From: an uncultured Legionellales bacterium
Lineage (GTDB): Bacteria; Pseudomonadota; Gammaproteobacteria; JAHCLG01
DNA: 50,165 nucleotides
NCBI GenBank assembly: GCA_964352905.1
Contig: CAYGTS010000001.1
Coordinates: 1-50,165 of the forward strand
Reading direction: 5' to 3'
Part shown: one piece after another, positions 44,521 through 50,165 of the stretch
Position numbering within the stretch: position 1 is the first letter of the stretch
How the letters are laid out: each line of letters opens with the position of its first letter
Translations under genes and position numbers: made by a program
Notes under the pieces: model-generated
Databases searched by the model: none
What the model was told of the DNA's origin: nothing
Seen by the model: the letters and a program-made list of their open reading frames with translations, nothing else

Positions 44521-45834
44521 CTATGCCGGATACACGTTAGCAAATTGCTGACTAGGATAAACACCACGCGTATCGATAATCAATTTAGCGTGCTGTTGGA
44601 TAATTGCATAATCAAACTTTTCATGCGCGGTTGCAATGACTACTGCATCATAATTTGCCAACGTTGCGGATGTAATTTCAACACTTTTCATCGCTGGTAA
44701 TGCATGATGACGTAATGCCGGTAACGTGGGAACATGCGGATCACTATAATCAACCAATGCTTTCTTTTGCATTAATAGTTCCATAATAAAAATAGAGGGA
44801 GATTCACGCATATCATCAACATTACATTTATACGCAGCGCCACAAATCAGAATTTTTGCACCATTAACTGATTTACCTTTTTCATTCAAGGCATCTGTTA
44901 AGCGTTCAACAACCCATTTTGGCATGCCGCCATTAATTTCACCGGCTAATTCAATAAAGCGAGTGTGCATGCCATATTCTCTGGCTTTCCACGTTAAGTA
45001 AAAAGGATCGATAGGAATACAATGCCCACCAATGCCGGGCCCAGGATAATACGGTACAAAACCAAAGGGCTTACTGGCTGCGGCATGAATCACTTCAAAA
45101 ATATCAATATTCATTTTATGCGCTATCTTTTTCATATCATTCATCAAACCGATATTAACCGCGCGATGGATATTTTCGAGCAATTTGGTCATTTCAGCCG
45201 CGCGGGTTGATGAAACTGGCACCACTTTTGAGACCACTTGCTCGTATAAGTGTATTCCAATTTCTAAACAGTTTGGAGTAATACCACCACACACTTTAGG
45301 AATATTGGCGGTGCGGAAATTAGGATTACCCGGATCTTCTCGTTCAGGTGAATAAATTAAGAAAACATTCTCACCTACTTTTAATCCCTTGCTTTCGATA
45401 CGAGTAAATAATTCCTCTTCTGTCGTTCCAGGATAGGTTGTGCTTTCCAGTGAAACCACTTGTCCCGCCTTTAAATTTGGTAAAATAGATTCGATTGTAT
45501 TAACAACATAGCTTAAATCCGGCTCACGATATTTATTTAAAGGGGTTGGTACACACAATATAAGCGCATCAACTTCAGTAACACGGTTAAAATCTGCCGT
45601 TGCCGAAAATCCATGGTGAACCGCTGTAGAAATGAGATCATCTGAAATATGCTGAATAAAGCTTTTCCCTTGATTAATTTGAGAAATTTTATTTTGATCA
45701 ATATCAAAGCCCAGTACTTTGTAGCCGACTTCACTGTATCTTAAAGCCAGTGGAATACCTACATAACCCAGCCCAAAAATACCAATAACCGCTTGGCGAT
45801 CCTTCAACTTCTCAATTAATGACAATTTGTACAT
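44521..45834 (-). CDS. wbpA: UDP-N-acetyl-D-glucosamine (or ManNAc) 6-dehydrogenase, WbpA/WecC family
   Basis: It has [14 protein letters not shown] and the catalytic Cys in [11 protein letters not shown]. It is the first gene of the minus-strand array. Confidence 0.8.
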   Translation of the reverse strand: MYKLSLIEKLKDRQAVIGIFGLGYVGIPLALRYSEVGYKVLGFDIDQNKISQINQGKSFIQHISDDLISTAVHHGFSATADFNRVTEVDALILCVPTPLNKYREPDLSYVVNTIESILPNLKAGQVVSLESTTYPGTTEEELFTRIESKGLKVGENVFLIYSPEREDPGNPNFRTANIPKVCGGITPNCLEIGIHLYEQVVSKVVPVSSTRAAEMTKLLENIHRAVNIGLMNDMKKIAHKMNIDIFEVIHAAASKPFGFVPYYPGPGIGGHCIPIDPFYLTWKAREYGMHTRFIELAGEINGGMPKWVVERLTDALNEKGKSVNGAKILICGAAYKCNVDDMRESPSIFIMELLMQKKALVDYSDPHVPTLPALRHHALPAMKSVEITSATLANYDAVVIATAHEKFDYAIIQQHAKLIIDTRGVYPSQQFANVYPA

Positions 45835-45935
45835 AAATTTTCCTACAATAAATTAACTGCAACAACATACCTACAGCATTTTCAGTGCTGCTGATTCTAT
45901 CACCTCTACCAGGAGGAAGAAAATGATTTATACCC

Positions 45936-45964
45936 ATGACAAGTGTGTACCAATAGTTTAGTAT
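45936..45964 (+). promoter_or_regulatory. Candidate sigma70-type promoter for wbpI-zf-waaF-waaC
   Basis: It reads ATGACA (5/6 match), a 17-nt spacer and TAGTAT (4/6 match). It lies about 27 nt upstream of the wbpI ATG and about 12 nt before a GGAGAG SD. Based on pattern match only. Confidence 0.3.
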
Positions 45965-45990
45965 TACCAAAATTTGGAGAGAAATAAAGT

Positions 45991-47088
45991 ATGCATTCAA
46001 AGATCGTCACGATTGTTGGTGCCAGGCCGCAATTTGTAAAGGCCGCAGCGGTTTCTCTTGCCTTGCAAAAAAGCCCGAAAATAAGCGAAATAATCGTGCA
46101 CACTGGTCAGCACTATGACAGTAATATGTCTGACATTTTCTTTAGCCAGCTTGGATTAAAAACACCTGATTACAACTTGAATATTGGCTCAGGCAGTCAT
46201 GGGCAGCAAACCGGTCGAATGATTGAGGCGATTGAAAAAATCCTTCTTGCTGAAAAACCGCAATTGTTACTCATCTATGGTGATACTAATTCTACACTTG
46301 CGGGTGCTTTGGCTGCTGCAAAATTACATATTCCTATCGCACATGTAGAGGCGGGTTTACGCTCTTTTAATCGTAAAATGCCAGAAGAAATCAACCGGTT
46401 ATTGTCTGATCAACTTGCTGATTTACTTTTCTGCCCAACTGAAACCGCTGTTAAAAATTTAAAAAATGAAGGCATTGATCATCATAAACTCTTTCTTACA
46501 GGCGATGTGATGTATGATGCAGCATTGCTTTTTAAAGAGTTTAGTAACACTAGCGCAACTATTCTGGATAACCTAGCCTTACAGCCCAACGATTTTATTT
46601 TAACGACGATTCATCGCGCGGAAAATACCGATGATGAATTAGTGTTACGTAACCTCATTAATAATTTAATGCTGGTTGCACAAGAAAATACCCTTCTCTT
46701 TCCACTACACCCCCGAACGAAAAATGCACTCTTGCAATTTGACTTGTTGGAAAAAGCACAACAAGCAATCAGGTTCATTGATCCGGTGAGTTTTCTTGAT
46801 ATGATACAGCTCGAGGAATCAGCTAAACTGATTATTACGGATTCAGGCGGTGTGCAAAAAGAAGCTTATTTTTATCAAACACCTTGTATCACTGTCCGTG
46901 ATCAAACAGAATGGACCGAGCTTTTAGAAAAGGGCTGGAATTATTTAATTCCAAGTACCGAAATTGATAAACTATCTGCTATTGTTAAATCCAGAACAGG
47001 GCATCGCGGTGAAGCCTGTCACTTATACGGTCAAGGCAATGCCAGTCAGCTCATTGTGGATCAGATAGAACATTTTTTATTCAAATAG
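45991..47088 (+). CDS. wbpI: Non-hydrolysing UDP-GlcNAc 2-epimerase family (WbpI/WlbD/WecB-like)
   Basis: It has IVTIVGARPQFVKAA, HVEAGLRSFN and DSGGVQKEA. It is divergent from wbpA. Confidence 0.85.
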   Translation: MHSKIVTIVGARPQFVKAAAVSLALQKSPKISEIIVHTGQHYDSNMSDIFFSQLGLKTPDYNLNIGSGSHGQQTGRMIEAIEKILLAEKPQLLLIYGDTNSTLAGALAAAKLHIPIAHVEAGLRSFNRKMPEEINRLLSDQLADLLFCPTETAVKNLKNEGIDHHKLFLTGDVMYDAALLFKEFSNTSATILDNLALQPNDFILTTIHRAENTDDELVLRNLINNLMLVAQENTLLFPLHPRTKNALLQFDLLEKAQQAIRFIDPVSFLDMIQLEESAKLIITDSGGVQKEAYFYQTPCITVRDQTEWTELLEKGWNYLIPSTEIDKLSAIVKSRTGHRGEACHLYGQGNASQLIVDQIEHFLFK

Positions 47089-47107
47089 GATCAAGTGAGG
47101 AATCATT

Positions 47108-47323
47108 GTGAATACTGAAAAACTTCGTGCTAACACAAAACGCCGTTATGAAGTAACGACGGCAGATTTGCCATTATCATGCCCCATGTGGGACATGCGA
47201 GTTTGGGATGCGCACCCGCGCGTTTATTTGCCGATTGAAGATACTGGGCGTGAAGTATGCCCGTATTGTGAAGCAGAATTTATCTTAACTGATTTTAAAC
47301 ATTCCGATGATCATGCCGCTTAA
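47108..47323 (+). CDS. Small zf-CHCC (NDUFS6-like) zinc-finger protein
   Basis: The 71-aa ORF has a GTG start. The pattern is C-x12-H-x16-C-x2-C (SCPMWDMRVWDAHPRVYLPIEDTGREVCPYCEAEF). Its 3' end overlaps the waaF start. Confidence 0.65.
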   Translation: MNTEKLRANTKRRYEVTTADLPLSCPMWDMRVWDAHPRVYLPIEDTGREVCPYCEAEFILTDFKHSDDHAA

Positions 47324-48329
47324 TAAAATTTTAATAGTTGCTCCCAATTGGGTTGGCGATATTGTGATGGCGCAAAGCTTGTTGATTTGCTTGAAACAAC
47401 AATATCCCGATTGCGTGATAGATGTCTTGGCACCCGCTTGGAGTCAGGATCTGATTAGCAGAATGCCCGAAGTTAATCAGGTGATCGCGCTGCCTTCGCA
47501 ACATGGTAAGTTACACTTAAAGCAACGCTGGCAGTTGGCCAAACAGCTTAGATCGCAGCATTATCAACAAGCAATTGTTTTACCGAATTCATTTAAATCA
47601 GCTTTAATTCCTTGGCTTGCACATATCCCACAACGCACAGGTTGGCGCGGTGAAATGCGTTATGGCCTGCTCAATGATTATCGTAAATTAGATAAAAAGC
47701 GTTATCCCAAAATGATTGATCGCTTTTGTGCGTTAGCCTGGAATAAACACGCTGTGCTCGTGCAAAGATTGCCCTTTCCAAGATTGGCGATTGATTTAGC
47801 GCAACGCCAACAAACCTTGGCTAAGTTTTCACTAACAAGCGATCAAAAAATTATTGTGCTGTGCCCAGGGGCTGCTTATGGTCCTGCTAAACGCTGGCCA
47901 GAACGCCATTTTGCTGAATTTGCTTTAGAAAAAATTCAGCAAGGCTTTCAAATTTGGTTACTCGGTGGCAAAGGCGATAGGCCGCAAGTTGATGCGATTA
48001 TGCAAGCAACGCAGCAGCAGTGCCATGATTTAACGGCAACCTCACTAACTGAGGCAATTGACTTAATGTCGCTTGCTGATTTAGTGGTGAGTAATGATTC
48101 GGGTTTAATGCATATCGCTTGCGCCATTGGCAAGCCGGTGGTTGTGATTTATGGCTCGTCCGATCCACATTACACGCCACCGTTATCTAACCAAGCAAAA
48201 ATTGTGTCATTAAATTTAGATTGTAGCCCATGCTTTAAGCGCGAATGCCCACTTGGCCACACCAGCTGTTTACATTATTTAAACCCACAGCAAGTATCGC
48301 TTGCGGCAAATGAATTATTAGCGATATGA
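47307..48329 (+). CDS. waaF: ADP-heptose:LPS heptosyltransferase II (GT9)
   Basis: It has KILIVAPNWVGDIVMAQSLL and NDSGLMHIACAIGKPVVVIYGSSDP. The start could be 47307 or 47313. Confidence 0.9.
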   Translation: MIMPLNKILIVAPNWVGDIVMAQSLLICLKQQYPDCVIDVLAPAWSQDLISRMPEVNQVIALPSQHGKLHLKQRWQLAKQLRSQHYQQAIVLPNSFKSALIPWLAHIPQRTGWRGEMRYGLLNDYRKLDKKRYPKMIDRFCALAWNKHAVLVQRLPFPRLAIDLAQRQQTLAKFSLTSDQKIIVLCPGAAYGPAKRWPERHFAEFALEKIQQGFQIWLLGGKGDRPQVDAIMQATQQQCHDLTATSLTEAIDLMSLADLVVSNDSGLMHIACAIGKPVVVIYGSSDPHYTPPLSNQAKIVSLNLDCSPCFKRECPLGHTSCLHYLNPQQVSLAANELLAI

Positions 48330-49336
48330 GAATATTAATTATTAAAATGACTTCCATGGGTGATGTTATTCATACTTTACCTGCTATCACCGATGCGAAA
48401 AAGCAGATCCCAGATTTAAGCATTGATTGGGTAGTTGAAGATCGCTTTGCTGCAATTCCCGCTTGGCATCCGGCAGTTAATACGATTATTCCAGTTGCGC
48501 TACGGCAGTGGCGAAAAAAACCGTTACAAGCATTATTGAACGCAGAATTATTAAAATTAGCGCAGCGTTTACGGATGCCGCGTTATGATTTAATTATTGA
48601 TGCGCAAGGTTTAATAAAAAGTACGGTGATTGCTAAAATCGCGCGCGGCAAAATTGCAGGATTCAATCGCTCATCGGCGCGTGAAGGATTAATCGCCAGC
48701 CTTTTTTATCACAAAAAATATCAGATCAGCTGGGAATTACATGCTGTGGCTCGTTTGCGCCAATTGTTTGCCCAAGCGTTAAATTATGCATTACCACAAA
48801 GTATTGCTGATTATGGTTTAGATACCACGCGTTTTATGAATTACCCTGAAAAAGATTACATTTTATTTTTACCAGCAACCACGTGGGCAACCAAAAAATG
48901 GCCGTTGGCTTATTGGCGTGAATTAGTTACCTTATTAAAGGAACAACACATTAAAATTGCCTGGGGCAATGCGGCCGAAAAAAACGACGCGTTGCAAATT
49001 GCGGCTGGTTTTAATCATGCCAACATTTTACCTGATTTTAATATTAGCCAAATGGCGCCAGTGATTAATAATGCAAAATGTGTGATTGCGGTTGATACCG
49101 GCTTTGCGCATTTAGCAGCGGCATTAAATAAAAAAACTATTTCGCTGTATGGCGCGACTGATGCGAAATTAACCGGCACGCAAGGGCAAAATCAAATTCA
49201 CTTAACAGCTGATTTTCCTTGCGCACCGTGTCTTAGTAAAACCTGCACTTACCAACAACCCAGTCATGTTACACCTGCCTGTTATACAGAAATAACGCCG
49301 TTGCGGGTGATGAGAGAATTGCAGAAATATTGTTAG
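48326..49336 (+). CDS. waaC: ADP-heptose:LPS heptosyltransferase I (GT9)
   Basis: It has MRILIIKMTSMGDVIHTLPAITD and VDTGFAHLAAALNKKTISLYGATD. An ATGA overlap links it to waaF. Confidence 0.9.
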   Translation: MRILIIKMTSMGDVIHTLPAITDAKKQIPDLSIDWVVEDRFAAIPAWHPAVNTIIPVALRQWRKKPLQALLNAELLKLAQRLRMPRYDLIIDAQGLIKSTVIAKIARGKIAGFNRSSAREGLIASLFYHKKYQISWELHAVARLRQLFAQALNYALPQSIADYGLDTTRFMNYPEKDYILFLPATTWATKKWPLAYWRELVTLLKEQHIKIAWGNAAEKNDALQIAAGFNHANILPDFNISQMAPVINNAKCVIAVDTGFAHLAAALNKKTISLYGATDAKLTGTQGQNQIHLTADFPCAPCLSKTCTYQQPSHVTPACYTEITPLRVMRELQKYC

Positions 49337-49339
49337 CGT

Positions 49340-49405
49340 GTAACTACTCACTCCGTCGCAGGGAACGTTCAGATTTGGTAAACCACAAGCTAAAGGGGCG
49401 AGCAG
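49340..49405 (+). repeat. Copy 2 of the 67-bp repeat seen at 8839..8905
   Basis: See copy 1. It starts 4 nt after the waaC stop and ends 7 nt before the stop of the 49412..49801 gene. Confidence 0.85.
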
Positions 49406-49411
49406 TTTACG

Positions 49412-49801
49412 TTAGCGCTTGAATCTTTTTGGATTTGGTTCGCCTTCTGGTTGTGGTGCTTCTGGCCCTCTTTCTCCTCGTAGTACTACCTCTCTATTTG
49501 CTGCGGGTACTACTTGATCTTCATTTACAGCTTGAATTAACGCAAATGCGTGTTGAAAATTATGAAACATACCGGAAAAGCCAGGATGCTCTCTAAGGTA
49601 TCCAAGATACCAATCTAGCTCATCAGCATCGTCACCAAAAATTTCCACATCAGGAGTACGGTTTGCTCGGATCTCAGCCATCAAAATAGGTTTATTTGCT
49701 TCATCAATTGCAAGTTTTCCTAGAATATCAAAATATATTTGTTGTTGGTCTGCGCTTAAATCTGCTAGGCAGATTGGCTGGAATAAACCACCATAAGCCA
49801 T
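49412..49801 (-). CDS. Hypothetical 129-aa protein with a disordered basic C-terminal tail
   Basis: It has an ATG start, and I recognised no family. The C-terminus is GERGPEAPQPEGEPNPKRFKR. Repeats flank the gene on both sides. Confidence 0.5.
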   Translation of the reverse strand: MAYGGLFQPICLADLSADQQQIYFDILGKLAIDEANKPILMAEIRANRTPDVEIFGDDADELDWYLGYLREHPGFSGMFHNFQHAFALIQAVNEDQVVPAANREVVLRGERGPEAPQPEGEPNPKRFKR

Positions 49802-49886
49802 AAATCACCTCTTTTTGTTATTTAAATTTTAGGTAAATTTAATGTATCCATTCAGTAAATTTGAAGATGAATTTTCAAAGAACGTT

Positions 49887-49941
49887 CAGATGCAGATCTT
49901 CGTCGTTGCGAGGAGCGTAGCTACGACGCAATCCAGGGAAA
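49887..49941 (+). repeat. Hairpin-repeat unit, copy 1 of a perfect 55-nt direct repeat
   Basis: cagatgcagatcttcgtcgttgcgaggagcgtagctacgacgcaatccagggaaa is identical to 50111..50165. Confidence 0.9.
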
Positions 49942-50030
49942 GGATCTCCGATCGTAAAAGTTACACTGCACTTGCTATCGATTTCGCCGCATTTACAAAC
50001 ATTATCTTTAACATTTCGCTCAATGCCACG

Positions 50031-50070
50031 AACCCTGGATTGCCGCGCTTCGCTCGCAATGACGGAGTCG
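50031..50070 (-). repeat. Hairpin-repeat unit in inverted orientation (ccgtcattgcgagcgaagcgcggcaatccagggtt)
   Basis: Its reverse complement matches the unit at 14169..14206, apart from two single-base indels in the stem. Confidence 0.8.
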
Positions 50071-50110
50071 AGACTCACTAACACGCGTTCAGGTTGCGCA
50101 ACGAAGCTCG

Positions 50111-50165
50111 CAGATGCAGATCTTCGTCGTTGCGAGGAGCGTAGCTACGACGCAATCCAGGGAAA
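50111..50165 (+). repeat. Hairpin-repeat unit, copy 2 of the perfect 55-nt direct repeat (truncated by the window end)
   Basis: It is identical to 49887..49941. Confidence 0.9.

Noticed and set aside
45835-45990. JUMPstart/ops (GGCGGTAG) antitermination element upstream of the long minus-strand glycan operon
   Set aside because: I searched both strands of the divergent region by eye and found no match. The closest string is ctaccagg, a poor match to ctaccgcc.
49842-50084. 79-aa plus-strand and 69-aa minus-strand ORFs at the right end
   Set aside because: Both are translations of the hairpin-repeat units (peptides such as VARSVATTQSRERISD and VIASEARQSRV). They overlap each other on opposite strands, so they are repeat artefacts.
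49887-50165. Possible CRISPR array, given identical 55-nt direct repeats 224 bp apart
   Set aside because: Only two direct copies are present. The intervening segment holds an inverted unit of the same family, and the spacing is far larger than CRISPR spacers. The same units occur singly elsewhere, and the window has no cas genes.
1-50165. tRNA, rRNA, tmRNA or other canonical RNA genes in the intergenic regions
   Set aside because: No cloverleaf-compatible segment or rRNA-like conserved block was recognisable by eye. The structured intergenic segments are all explained by the repeat families. A tRNAscan and Rfam scan should confirm this.

Overview
This AT-rich window looks gammaproteobacterial. 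Gene content and the small-repeat load suggest a Legionellales-like intracellular organism, but that is an inference I could not verify. The left third holds housekeeping genes: dut, coaBC and radC in the conserved dfp-dut arrangement, a YdgA/DUF945 protein, an SLC13 permease with TrkA-C domains, lpxL and glnE. These are interrupted at 6.5-10.2 kb by two low-complexity, basic or coiled-coil effector-like genes and an orphan AAA+/DUF4143 ATPase flanked by repeats. From 14.4 to 49.3 kb lies a large LPS and polysaccharide locus. It has a complete WbpA/B/E/D/I-type pathway for UDP-2,3-diacetamido-2,3-dideoxy-mannuronic acid and a Wzm/Wzt ABC exporter. It also has three AsnB-type amidotransferases, two tandem formyltransferase homologues, two putative deacetylases, two SDR enzymes and a Zn-ribbon-methyltransferase-GT4 fusion. 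Two proteins carry glucuronyl C5-epimerase-like domains, and five are paralogues of an atypical GT-B-like family. An L-2-hydroxyglutarate oxidase gene is embedded in the locus, and the core heptosyltransferases waaF and waaC sit at its right end. About 27 kb (18.9-45.8 kb) is one tightly packed minus-strand gene array. Intergenic regions carry a family of MITE/REP-like hairpin repeats with conserved flanks and variable stems. I recognised no rRNA, tRNA, CRISPR array, transposase or integrase. The strongest candidate for something undescribed is the low-GC central glycan-tailoring module: the atypical transferase family, the epimerase-like proteins, the de-N-acetylase/formyltransferase/amidotransferase block and the possible 2-hydroxyglutarate recycling link. 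All homology calls come from motif recognition by eye and need HMM or BLAST confirmation.
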